From the NCBI GenBank assembly GCA_963703955.1, contig CAVPGK010000023.1, forward strand, positions 64,001 to 128,000: a stretch of DNA of 64,000 nt, written 5' to 3'. Below are positions 12,252 through 22,322 of this stretch, piece by piece. The notes under the pieces were generated by a model. That model was not told the origin of the DNA. It ran no database searches and saw only the letters and a list, made by a program, of their open reading frames with translations. The position numbers and the translations under genes are program-made. This stretch comes from Nitrospirota bacterium (lineage in GTDB: Bacteria > Nitrospirota > Nitrospiria > Nitrospirales > Nitrospiraceae). Positions within the stretch are counted from its first letter, which is position 1, and each line of letters opens with the position of its first letter.

Positions 12252-13622
12252 TCACAGCAATCCCCCCACCGCGCGCTCAAGCCGGGCGAGAGATACGGAC
12301 AGGTCGAACCGGGCTTGCACATAGTCGAACAGGACCTGCCGCAGCACCCGCTGCGCATCCAGTACCTCGAGCAGACTCGATTCACCTTGTTGAAAACTGA
12401 ACTGCGCGATTCGAAGCGCTTCCTGGGCTTGCTTCAGCAAGCCCTTTTCGAACACATCGATCAGCTCCGCCGTCGTCTGCGCATCTTGGAAATGCTGATT
12501 GATCTCTTTAAACAAAGAGTTACGTGCGCGCAGTAACTCCGCTTCTTCCCGGCGCTTCGTCCCAAAGGCTTCCGTAATTTCGCCTTGCCTCCGATACCAG
12601 ATCGGCGTTGGGACGCTCAACCCCGCGGTGAAAGCCTCTCGTCCGACTTCCCGCCAATAGGACCCGCTGACCGTGACATTGGGAACACGCGCTTGACGCT
12701 GGAACTCGATGCTTTGGTTCGCCTGCTCGACAGATCTGGAAAGACGCTGCACCGTCGGATGCTCATCGAGCGCGCGCTGGGTCAGGCTCGTGAGATTGAC
12801 AGCCTGCGGAAATTTTTCGAAGTCACCTTTTATCGAGTAGCCTGTCCCGAGCGCGCCAACGGTCAGCGTATCCAGTACCACCCGATTCACACGCACCGTG
12901 TTATCCGCGCGGGTCACCACTTGATTCGCTTTGAGGACTTCCACTTCGGCCTTGATCGCTTCAAACTGAGGCGCCTCACCCAACCTGACACGAGCCTTGA
13001 CGATCCGCTGAACGTCTTCGACGATGGCCAGGTTTTGCCTCGCCAGATCGGCATTCCGCTGGGCCAAGAGTAATTCGTAGAACTCGATTTTCACCTCAGC
13101 GATCAGATTCAACCGCGTCTCCAACAACCCCGCATTGGCGCCGGAAAGCCCCGCCTCGGCAGCGCGCTTGCGAGCGGCGCGCTTGGCCGGCCATTCCAGC
13201 GGCTGGCCTAGCGTGAAATTGTATTCTGTAATCGTGGCCGGGGGGATTTCCTCGACAGCACTGGGCGTTATGCGTCCTGTTTCCCTCAAACTCCCGCGTC
13301 CACCGTTTCCGTGAAACAAAGGGTTCGGATAGGCTCCAGCGGTCATCCGCAGGCCGCGGCTTTGTTCAATGACAGCCTCGGCCCCCGCCACGCTCGGATT
13401 GCGGGCCAAGGCCAGATCGATGACCTGATCAATCTCGTACATCGGGGGAGTTGATCCGGCCGCAAAGGTGTGATCGGCCCCCCTCACCAGCGAGAGTAAC
13501 GCGCTGACGAAGCCGATCAAGACAAGCCAGCGTGATAATTTCATACGCGCTCCCGTGGCCAAGGCACTCGCTTTCCCACAGCGCCCAGCGTGTCTTTCAG
13601 GATAGGATCTTGTTCTTCTCAT
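12252..13622 (-). CDS. czcC: TolC family outer-membrane efflux protein (CzcC-like)
   Basis: ALARNP, GESSLLEVLDAQR and LERAVGG motifs; strong AGGAGGAAGGAG RBS before ATG 13622; first gene of the CBA triad. Confidence 0.85.
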   Translation of the reverse strand: MRRTRSYPERHAGRCGKASALATGARMKLSRWLVLIGFVSALLSLVRGADHTFAAGSTPPMYEIDQVIDLALARNPSVAGAEAVIEQSRGLRMTAGAYPNPLFHGNGGRGSLRETGRITPSAVEEIPPATITEYNFTLGQPLEWPAKRAARKRAAEAGLSGANAGLLETRLNLIAEVKIEFYELLLAQRNADLARQNLAIVEDVQRIVKARVRLGEAPQFEAIKAEVEVLKANQVVTRADNTVRVNRVVLDTLTVGALGTGYSIKGDFEKFPQAVNLTSLTQRALDEHPTVQRLSRSVEQANQSIEFQRQARVPNVTVSGSYWREVGREAFTAGLSVPTPIWYRRQGEITEAFGTKRREEAELLRARNSLFKEINQHFQDAQTTAELIDVFEKGLLKQAQEALRIAQFSFQQGESSLLEVLDAQRVLRQVLFDYVQARFDLSVSLARLERAVGGLL

Positions 13623-13681
13623 GGAGAGCTCCTTCCTCCTGAGGTATCCGGATCGTATCGGCCATCCCGTTCCCATCACTC

Positions 13682-14880
13682 TCATCGAATTGCCGCGGAC
13701 GCGATCGAACGGTCGATCGCGGCCTTTTTCTTTTCCGGTCCCAACCGGGCCCCGGTTTTCACGTCGAAGACATGCGGGGCCGCTCCGACCAGAGAGAGCA
13801 CCACGCAGGTTCCCGGTCTGGCTGTGAAGCCGCTTTCGGCCAACCCGACGATCGTTCTTCGCGGGCCCTCACTGAGGCGGGGCGATCATACGGCCCGACT
13901 TCGCACGTCACCCAGATCTGCCCGCCGGTCGGTTCGATCAGCCGGACAGCACCGATGACCTCCCGCGTGCCGGATTTCCGTTCATTGTCGGAGATTGCCC
14001 CACTCCCCTTGATGGTCTGGACGCGGATATCCTCAGGTCTGACGCCCAGCGTTACAGCGTTGCCGTGATCGAGAGTCGCCCCCGCGGGGATCGGCATCCG
14101 TATCGAGCCGGCCACCGCCTCCTGACCGTCCACGCTGGCCTCGAAGGTATTCATCGAGGGATATCCGATGAAGCCGGCCACGAAGACATTCCCCGGCAGA
14201 TCATACAGGTCCTGCGGTGTTCCGACCTGCTGCAGGCGCCCGTGATCCAGGACCGCGAGGCGGTCGGCCAGCGTCATCGCCTCGGTCTGGTCATGGGTCA
14301 CGTAGATCATTGTAATGCCCAGTTCGTCGTGAAGTCGTCGCAATTCCGCCCGCATGCCGGCTCTGAGTTGCGCGTCCAGATTCGAGAGGGGTTCATCCAA
14401 TAAGAAGACGCTCGGTTTTCTGATCAGGGCACGCCCTAAGGCCACCCGTTGACGCTGGCCGCCAGACAGCTCCCGCGGTCTGCGTCCGAGAAGCGGCTCG
14501 AGTCCCAAGAGACCCGCTACACGTCCGACTTCCTCTTCGATCCTCTGGCGATCAAGATCGGCGGTGCGCGGTCCTACCCGAAGGGGGAAGGCCAAATTCT
14601 CGGCGACCGTCATGTGCGGATAGAGCGCATAACTTTGAAACACGAGGGCGATATCTCGCTCACGCGGGGCGAGCAGCGTCACATCTCGCCCGTCGAACCA
14701 AATCCTACCGGTCGTCGGCGCATCCAACCCGGCAATCAGATGGAGAAGCGTCGATTTCCCACATCCTGACGGACCGACCAGGACAAAAAACTCCCCATCA
14801 TGAATAGTCAGCGTGAGATCGGGAATGATCTCCGCAGACCCCGCGCGCTTGCATAACCCTTCCAACCTGACTTCAGCCAT
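13682..14880 (-). CDS. Carbohydrate ABC transporter ATP-binding protein (MalK/UgpC-like); frameshift near 13875
   Basis: GPSGCGKST, VFQSYALYPHM, LSGGQRQRVALGR, LLDEPLSNLD, YVTHDQ; alternate frame completes a TOBE tail (HVFDVKTGARL) with stop at 13682. Confidence 0.9.
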
Positions 14881-14957
14881 TCTTCATCGACTCTCCGAAA
14901 GACTGAGGATGAGGTTCGGAGAATCGATACCCCCTCAGTCCTCAACACTCGGTCCTA

Positions 14958-15766
14958 TTACCCCTTGACACTTCCTGCCGTCAGACCCGCCACAATCTGC
15001 TTCTGAAACAAGACCGCCAGCAGCAGGACCGGCGCCGTGACTAGTATCGTCGCCGCCGCCATATCACCCCACGGCACTTCATGCAGCCCTGGGAACAAGG
15101 CAATCGCCACCGGGGCGGTCCTCGACTGCTCGGTCGCCGTCAGTGTCAAGGCGAACAAGAATTCATTCCATGAAAAGATAAAAACCAACAGGGCGGCCAC
15201 AGCAATGCCAGGCAGCGCCGTCGGGAGTATCACCGAGATCAGGGCGCGGATGGGGCTGCAGCCGTCCACCCGAGCGGCCCAATACAACTCCACGGGGATC
15301 TGGCGAAAAAACTCGTCAATACCCAGATCGCCAGCGGAAGCGCATACGCAGTGTGGATCAAGATCAACGCGACGAGGGTGTCGCGCAATCCCAGCGCGCG
15401 GGCCAGCAAGTACACCGGGCTGATTGCGGCAATCGGAGGAAACATCGAGACGGACAGAATCAGTCCCATGATCACCGTGCTCCCTCGGATGGGAAGTCGG
15501 GCAAGCCCGAACGCGCACGGTGCGCCGAGCGCGATGGCCGAACCGGTGGTGCTCGCCGCCACGACAAAACTATTGAATAACTCGCGGCGTAGTGAGGAGC
15601 GGACCAGCACGGACCGATAGTGATCGCCGGTCGGCGATTCGGGTAGCAGCGGCGGGAGTCGGACGAGCGCCGACTCCGGCTTGACCGAACTGATCGCTTG
15701 CCAGACGACCGGTCCCAGACAGAAGGTTGTTGCAACGACGATCAGAAGGCTCCGTAAGAGCGCCAT
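14958..15766 (-). CDS. Carbohydrate ABC permease (MalG-like); frameshift near 15307
   Basis: MALLRSLL start overlaps upstream stop (TGATG); EAA loop IPVELYWAARVDG, FIFSWNEFLFA, QKQIVAGLTAGSVKG; shift in an A/T run. Confidence 0.9.
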
Positions 15767-16735
15767 CAGGAGGCGACCTTTTCGATATGGCGGCGCATCA
15801 ACAGGAGGTACCCCGCCGTGATACCGAGCACCAACAGGAACATCATCGACGTCAACGCCGACCCATAGCCGAACCGGAGACTCTGGAACAGCGTCTTGTA
15901 GGCATAAATGGAGAGCGTCTCGGTGCTGTTGCCAGGGCCTCCTCCCGTCAGCACATAGATAGCGTCGAACACCCGAAACGCGTCCATGGTTCTGAACGCC
16001 AGGACGATCAGAATCACCGGCATCAGGAGGGGCAGCGTGACATGGCGAAACGTCGCCCACCAGCCGGCACCATCGACCCGAGCCGCGAGATACAGCTCGC
16101 GCGGAATGGTCTGGAGCCCCGCCAGTAGCAGCAGCGCGGCGAAAGGCGTGGCCTTCCACACATCCATGAGAATCGCCGCATGGATCGCCCACACGGGAGA
16201 ACCCAGCCAGTTGATCGAGTCCCGCACCAACCCGCTCGACCGCAAGGCAAAATTGAACAGTCCATACTCCGGGTGATAGAGCCATTCCCACATGCGGGCT
16301 GACACGACCGTCGGAATGGCCCATGGCACCAGGATGAGCACCCGATTCCACCTCTGCCGCCCGCCGGGCACCAAGCCGGCTCCCGACTCCGTCTGAGACC
16401 ACGCGCCATCCATCACCAACGCCATTCGCGAGGCCCAGCACGAGCTCGGCCGCAACCGACACGGCGGTGAAATACAAGGTCGTGCCGCAGGCCGACCAGA
16501 ACCGTTCATCGCCTGCGATCAAGACATAATTGCGAAACCCGATAAATTCATTCACATTAAAAATGGGCAGGCGCCGATGGAGGCTCAACCATATGGAGTC
16601 GAAGATCGGCGCGACGGCGAAGACGAACAGGAGCGCCAGGGCCGGCCCGATCAACACATAGCCCCACGCCCGTTCGGATATCGTCGGGCCGAGTGCGGCG
16701 AAGAACCGGCTGCTCGAGGAACTACCGGAAGACAA
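15766..16735 (-). CDS. Carbohydrate ABC permease (MalF-like); frameshift near 16425
   Basis: FIGFRNY, PWAIPTVV, DVWKATPF, IPRELYLAARVDG and LTGGGPGNST motifs. Confidence 0.9.
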
Positions 16736-18116
16736 GACGATTCTCCGTGGGCTGTCCGGCGTCAGCTTGACTCGCGTCGCCGATACCTAGAAGATTAGCC
16801 ATCTGCTTCCGCACAGACGCCAGCGCGGCCTCGGGCGTCTTCCGTCCCACAAGCGCCGCGCTGAACTCCGGCTGCAGCACTTGCGACAGCATCAAGTAAT
16901 ACGGAGTCACGGGGCGAGGGCGGGCAGCAAGAAACACGGGAAAGAGATGTTCCAGCGACGGATGGGCTCGGCGAAGCACCGGATCGGCGTACAAGCTGTG
17001 CCGAGCAGGATGGTAGCCCAATTCCAGCGCCAACTGTTGCTGAACTTTCGGGGAAGTAAGAAAAGCGATCAAGTCGGCGGCCAACCGAGGCTGATCCCCG
17101 TGGTTGGGAACGGCCAACATCCAACCGCCCAAGGTCGAAGTCGATGGGTATCCCGGGAAGGAGGGTAAGGGCGTCAGACCGACCTGGCCGCGCAAGGGTG
17201 AATTATCCTGTTCAAGCAGCGACCAGACATACGGCCAATTCCGCATAAAGACGGCGCGCCCATCGCCGAATAACAGCCGCGTGGCTTCTTCATCGGAAGT
17301 GGACACCAACGGGGGAGAGATGCCGTCGTTCACCAGGTCTCGCATGAAGCTCAATCCCGCCTCGGCGTCGGCCGTCCCGCTCGCATTCATGATGGTCCCG
17401 CCGTGGCCCCAAATAAACTCCAACGCGACACAGACGAGGCCCTCGTATTGCTTGCCGGGCCAGAGAAACCCCTTCAAAGCCGGGTCGCGTTCTCCATCCA
17501 GCACAGTGCGAACAATACGGACAAGATCCGGCCATGTGCGCGGCGGATCGAAGCCGTAGCGTGCCAAGAGATCGCGCCGATAATAGAGGACCCCCGCATC
17601 GACATACCATGGAACCGCATAGAGCCGGCCGTCGAAAGTCGCCGCCTGGAGGGCCGACTCGAAATAGTCGTTCCGTTCGGAGGGAAGAAGAAGGTCATCG
17701 ACCGACTGGATCCATCCGGCACGCGCAAATTCAGGCACCCAAATGACATCGACCGCGAACACGTCGAACGGCACGTGTCCACTATCCAAGTTGATGGCAT
17801 AGTACTGGTGCTGTTGATCGGTCGAGGCCGGAAGCACCTCCTCCCGTACGGTCACACCGGGGTGTTGCCGCTCGAAATCCCGCAGCAGGCTCTGCATCAC
17901 CCGCGGATCACCCGTCAGCTTCCCGTGCTTGAAAACCAGCTCAGTCGCGGATTGCGGTTCATTTCCCGCCGCACACGACACGAGAGAAAGGATTTGCAGA
18001 ATGCTCAAGATGGTTATCCGACAAGGTCGAGGCGAAGGCGAAGCCCGGAGCGTACCCTCTGAGGTCCGTGAGGACTTTCGCCGAGCCAGAACAAAGCTGG
18101 AGGCCATTTTCAACAT
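16722..18116 (-). CDS. Sugar ABC substrate-binding lipoprotein (trehalose/maltose-type family)
   Basis: Lipobox LVSC; DVIWVPEFARAGW, LYYRRDLL, QYEGLVC, AVFMRNWPY, TLGGW and PRPVTPYY motifs. Confidence 0.9.
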   Translation of the reverse strand: MLKMASSFVLARRKSSRTSEGTLRASPSPRPCRITILSILQILSLVSCAAGNEPQSATELVFKHGKLTGDPRVMQSLLRDFERQHPGVTVREEVLPASTDQQHQYYAINLDSGHVPFDVFAVDVIWVPEFARAGWIQSVDDLLLPSERNDYFESALQAATFDGRLYAVPWYVDAGVLYYRRDLLARYGFDPPRTWPDLVRIVRTVLDGERDPALKGFLWPGKQYEGLVCVALEFIWGHGGTIMNASGTADAEAGLSFMRDLVNDGISPPLVSTSDEEATRLLFGDGRAVFMRNWPYVWSLLEQDNSPLRGQVGLTPLPSFPGYPSTSTLGGWMLAVPNHGDQPRLAADLIAFLTSPKVQQQLALELGYHPARHSLYADPVLRRAHPSLEHLFPVFLAARPRPVTPYYLMLSQVLQPEFSAALVGRKTPEAALASVRKQMANLLGIGDASQADAGQPTENRLVFR

Positions 18117-18121
18117 TCCGC
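17996..18121 (-). mobile_element. Palindromic MITE-like element, family A, inside the 5' end of the ABC lipoprotein gene
   Basis: Imperfect TIRs GAATGTTGAAAATGG...CCATCTTGAGCATTC; collinear homology with 43395-43521 (TCCTCA...CAGAGGGTACGC core). Confidence 0.75.
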
Positions 18122-18831
18122 TACATATGGCGGAGATCATCGGGCGGAGGCCTGTCACGCAAACGATCCGACAATCTTCGTTCCAAAAAGTCTTTGGCCA
18201 AATCCTTGGCGCCTAATCCAAAAGCGATAGCCGCCGCCAACACCACTCCGCCCAAAGTAATCCCGAAGCCCACCACGACGATGTTTTGCGCAATTCCAAG
18301 CTGCTCCAAGGCCATCGCCACGGCCACCAATTGCACCCCCCATCGCGAGAAGGTCGCGACTGCGCGGGCGGGGGGAAGACCGGAATTGACCGCCGCGATG
18401 AGCACGGCTTGAGCGACGAAATTCGAGAGCAGGTATCCGGCGACGAGAATCAGCAGGGCGGTGAACAGGTACGGAATATAGGCCAGAAACGACTGGGCGA
18501 ATCGGTTGATCGGCTGCATGTTCAACGCCCCCAAGCCGGCGATCACCGCAAAGAGGAGGATGACCCAGGACACGGCTTGACCCACAAGACGGGAGGGATC
18601 GGTCTTTACGCCGCCTCGAGCCAAGGCGGCCGTGGCTCCTAATCGATTGCTGAGATGATCCAATCCGATGACACGCAACAACCGTTCGATCACCAGACCC
18701 GTGGCCCAGGCGGTGACCCACCCGAGGGATAGAATGATGGCCATCGCCAGGAGATTGGGCGAAAGGTCCAACACCTTTTTCCCCAACGCGGTCAACGGGG
18801 CGAGGAGGGCGGAGTCGATGAAGTCTTTCAT
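18121..18831 (-). CDS. MscS-related conserved TM-helix membrane protein
   Basis: PNLLAMAIILSLGW, PYLFTALLILVAG and AIAFGLGAKDLA motifs; about 5-6 TM segments; no cytoplasmic MscS beta-domain. Confidence 0.75.
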   Translation of the reverse strand: MKDFIDSALLAPLTALGKKVLDLSPNLLAMAIILSLGWVTAWATGLVIERLLRVIGLDHLSNRLGATAALARGGVKTDPSRLVGQAVSWVILLFAVIAGLGALNMQPINRFAQSFLAYIPYLFTALLILVAGYLLSNFVAQAVLIAAVNSGLPPARAVATFSRWGVQLVAVAMALEQLGIAQNIVVVGFGITLGGVVLAAAIAFGLGAKDLAKDFLERRLSDRLRDRPPPDDLRHM

Positions 18832-18886
18832 GAGAGCCCCCAGCTGATAGCCAAAAGTGAGGTAGCTAACAGCTACTAGCTACCAT

Positions 18887-20176
18887 CTATTTCTTGCCAG
18901 CTATTTGTGATTTGCTCGTCCATCGGTCGACAAGATACGGCTTGTTGTCTTCGAACGCTTGACACAAAGTCTCGATCCGATCCTCGGCCTCAAGTGAGGT
19001 GAGCCCTTGGGTCTCCAACACAAACGAGGCCGTTCGTCCCAGATACAGCGGAGTCAGCGCCTTAAGCAGATGGTCCTGCGGGAGGATGCGGTGGTGGAAC
19101 GACACCGCCGCATCATACACCAAGCGTGCCCACAAGTCGTCGGCGATTCGGAACGCCTGCATGGAACAATCGGCGAGCGGAAGCAGGCCATCGACGTTCT
19201 TAGCCGCGAGCATCTGACGCCAGATGGGTTCAAGGTCCAGCAAGCCCTGACGAAAACTGGCGACCATCCGCTCAACGTTGACGTGAATGGGCTCGACGCC
19301 AACCCCATATTGAAAACCGAAGAGTCTGACCGCATTCGATCCTTTCAACTCGCTCCACACGGTTTGGTGCTCTTCCATCAAGGCAAAGACCGCCCCAACC
19401 ACCTGGACCAGCATCGCGGCGAGATCCGCGGCCGGATCCTTTGGATTGTGCAGCTTGGCCCCCAAAAAGCTCTGGCAGACACGAGCGCCGCTGGCGATAG
19501 CCTCCGTAGTCATCCAGATGTCAATACCGAACCGGGCGACGTCAGACTCCCAGACGTGCTTGTTCGCGTAATGTTCCGCCAGTTTGCCGGAAAAGCCAAA
19601 ATCTCCCCCGATCGGCTGGCGAATTCGCTGCCCATACAAGGCCCTGGTGAGAGGATAGACAATGCTATTGGTGATGGTGCCATCGTACTTGTGCCGGAGA
19701 TAAAACGGCGCGACGTAATCGAATCCTTCGTCGAGCACCGGCCGGATCAACAGCTCAATCCACTCCGGCGTAATGCTGCGCAAATCGGAATCGACCACGG
19801 CGCAGGCCTTCGCGTTCAATCGTCGCGCGATTTCAAACACAGTCCGGAACGCGCTGCCCTTCCCCGGAATCCCTTGGTACGGAGTGATGATCTTGTGTAG
19901 AGGGCTCTGGTGATCGCTGATCAGCATGGCCTGGTAGTCGACGATCGCACGCGTGACGACATCTGGGGTACCGTCCATGGAGCCGCCGTCTGAGTTCACC
20001 AGCACTGCTCGGCGGCCGGAAAAATACTTCGCCAGTCCTGCACTCACCGCTCGAACCACGTGGCCGATGGTGTCGGCATTGTTGTAGCTCGGTATGCCGA
20101 TCAGGATCTCCGCTTGACCGATCTCACCCACCTTAGCCTCGGTGGTGGCTGTCAGGAGAGTCGCTGCGGAATTCAT
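18887..20176 (-). CDS. GT2-type glycosyltransferase, glucosylglycerate/mannosylglycerate synthase-like
   Basis: IGIPSYNNADTIGHVV, NSDGGSMDGT, PGKGSA, VDSDLRSI, RHKYDGTITN, RQPIGGDF and FGIDIWMTT motifs of the Ggs/Mgs-like group. Confidence 0.75.
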   Translation of the reverse strand: MNSAATLLTATTEAKVGEIGQAEILIGIPSYNNADTIGHVVRAVSAGLAKYFSGRRAVLVNSDGGSMDGTPDVVTRAIVDYQAMLISDHQSPLHKIITPYQGIPGKGSAFRTVFEIARRLNAKACAVVDSDLRSITPEWIELLIRPVLDEGFDYVAPFYLRHKYDGTITNSIVYPLTRALYGQRIRQPIGGDFGFSGKLAEHYANKHVWESDVARFGIDIWMTTEAIASGARVCQSFLGAKLHNPKDPAADLAAMLVQVVGAVFALMEEHQTVWSELKGSNAVRLFGFQYGVGVEPIHVNVERMVASFRQGLLDLEPIWRQMLAAKNVDGLLPLADCSMQAFRIADDLWARLVYDAAVSFHHRILPQDHLLKALTPLYLGRTASFVLETQGLTSLEAEDRIETLCQAFEDNKPYLVDRWTSKSQIAGKK

Positions 20177-20706
20177 GCCGAACCGTGTGATCTCTTGAAC
20201 GTTTCTCGACAGATGATGACTGAGATAGCCGACTCGTTCAGGGCTTGCTCCCTCATCTCATAAGGATGAAGAGCCGGAGTATACTCAACGGAAGAGAAGA
20301 CGGCTGTCAGTTTATCGGCGGGCGTGGCGTAGGCCTCGACACCCTTCCAAGGCGCCAGTCTCACCGGTTTGGCTCGATTTTTGCGCTCTCTGCCCTTATC
20401 AAGGAACATGTGACAGACACCCCATGTTGTGGCCTGAGCACCCTTTGACCGAACAAAAAGACAGTCTCTGCGTGTGACTGAGCGAGTCGACGAGTCGGCT
20501 CTGTCATAACTGATTCAGCAACCACGTGTTAACGAAACATCGTCACGTGCGCTCAACAGAAACCCCATGACAGCCCTAACATGCCTGTAATGACTAGGTC
20601 TTTTCAACTCAAGGACCAAGATGTCCATGACCTTGATATACCCTTCACCCCGACCATATGAATGAACGGTTTGCACCACCGACAGCGGGAACGCTATGAT
20701 GCGCCC

Positions 20707-22320
20707 ATGGCAACGTCACAGAATGGTCGTTCGGGTGGCATAAGCCTGCAGACCAAAGTCTCCGGTGTGATCCTCTTGATCGTGGTTGTCTCCGCCGCGT
20801 TCGGTGAGTACATCGATCGGCAATACGTGTCCGAAGTAGCCCGAGACAATTTTCACGAAGAGATGATGGCCGTGGTCCGGCAGATCGGCGCAGGGATTAC
20901 CACTCCGTTTGAGCTTCGCAACCAACCGATTCGGGAACAAGAGCTCTATCGATTGATGGCCAGCCGCCCGGATGTGATCGATGTTGCCATCTACGCCTTC
21001 CCTCCGGAACAGCCCGGTCCTCCCGCCCTGGTTGCCAGCGCAGGGAGTACAATGCTGCCCGCGTTTGAGCGCGCGCCATCGTTGGTGGAACGCGCCCTGG
21101 CGACCTCCACAGCCGTCAGCAACCCGCAGGCCGACCTGCATCGGCTTCAGACAGCGGCATCCATCTCGCTGGAAGGGAAAGTGGTGGGCGCCGCCTACGC
21201 GGAATTCACGACAGCTCAGTTCGATGAGGTGCTCGATTATCAGCGACGTCTCTCCATCACCCGGCGTCTGTTGACCGGCGGTGTCATCGTGCTGGCCATC
21301 AACCTTTTCCTGTATTGGTACGTGCATCGTCCGGTGCGGGCGCTGTTGAGCGCCGTCAAGGCTGTGACCCAGGGAACCATGACAGCCACGGTGCCGGTTC
21401 ACGGGCAGGATGAGATCGGCAAGCTCGCGGACCGTTTCAATGTGATGGTGGAACGCATCCGCACGACCACCAGTGAGAATAACGAGCTGTACGAAGAGTT
21501 ACAACGGGCGCACAGCAGCCTGCAGATCAAAGTGGACGAGGCGACCGCGGAGGTTCGGCAGAAGAATCGGGAGCTGGCCAGAACGAACGAGCTGCTCTCC
21601 AGCGCTCAGCGTGAGGCCGCGCGGGCGCAACGCCTTTCGGCGATCGGCCAGCTGGCGGCCACGGTGGCCCATAAGATCGGTACTCCTCTCACCGCGCTGT
21701 CGGGTCACGTCCAGTTGCTTCAAGAAGACCCGAACCTGACGACGGACGCCAGACGGCGGCTGCACACGGTGGAAGGACAGATCGAACAGACCTCCCGGAT
21801 CATTCAAGACTTGCTGGTTTACGCGCGGAAACCGGAGCCAGTCATGGCGCCCCTGGATCTTAACGCCTGTTTGGATGAATGTCTCGCGTTGCTAAGGCCG
21901 GAAATCGATCGGCTGAACGTCGGTCTAGCGACCGAACTCGACCCCGCCATGGGAAAGGTGGAAGCGGATCAGTCGCAGATTCAAGAGGTATTTTGTAATT
22001 TGATCGATAATTCCCTCGACGCCATGCCGCAGGGAGGTACGCTCACTGTCAGAAGTTATACGATGGCGGCGCCGACACCAGGGGGCAAGGCAGAACGATG
22101 CGTGGTTGAGATCGCCGACACCGGGCAGGGCATCGCACCTGAGACGATGGAGCAGATTTTCCAACCGTTCTTCACCACGAAACGGGCGGGACGCGGGACC
22201 GGCCTGGGGTTGGCGATTGCGCTCGAGACGATCCGCGCTCACGAAGGGTCCATAACCGTAGAAAGCGAGCCCGGCAAGGGCGCGCGGTTTGTCGTCCAGT
22301 TGCCGGCCTCCGGAGGATAG
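20707..22320 (+). CDS. Membrane HAMP-domain sensor histidine kinase
   Basis: Two TMs, HAMP (DEIGKLADRFNVM), H-box VAHKIGTPL, NLIDNSLDA, DTGQG, FFTTK..GTGLGL. Confidence 0.95.
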   Translation: MATSQNGRSGGISLQTKVSGVILLIVVVSAAFGEYIDRQYVSEVARDNFHEEMMAVVRQIGAGITTPFELRNQPIREQELYRLMASRPDVIDVAIYAFPPEQPGPPALVASAGSTMLPAFERAPSLVERALATSTAVSNPQADLHRLQTAASISLEGKVVGAAYAEFTTAQFDEVLDYQRRLSITRRLLTGGVIVLAINLFLYWYVHRPVRALLSAVKAVTQGTMTATVPVHGQDEIGKLADRFNVMVERIRTTTSENNELYEELQRAHSSLQIKVDEATAEVRQKNRELARTNELLSSAQREAARAQRLSAIGQLAATVAHKIGTPLTALSGHVQLLQEDPNLTTDARRRLHTVEGQIEQTSRIIQDLLVYARKPEPVMAPLDLNACLDECLALLRPEIDRLNVGLATELDPAMGKVEADQSQIQEVFCNLIDNSLDAMPQGGTLTVRSYTMAAPTPGGKAERCVVEIADTGQGIAPETMEQIFQPFFTTKRAGRGTGLGLAIALETIRAHEGSITVESEPGKGARFVVQLPASGG

Positions 22321-22322
22321 AA

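Noticed and set aside
15239..16735. 498-aa chimeric ABC permease ORF
   Set aside because: It joins the N-termini of two separate permeases through out-of-frame sequence created by two frameshifts.
20173..20409. 78-aa ORF overlapping the start of the Ggs-like gene
   Set aside because: No recognisable motif or clear RBS; it could be real given the 4-bp overlap, but it is not supportable from sequence alone.
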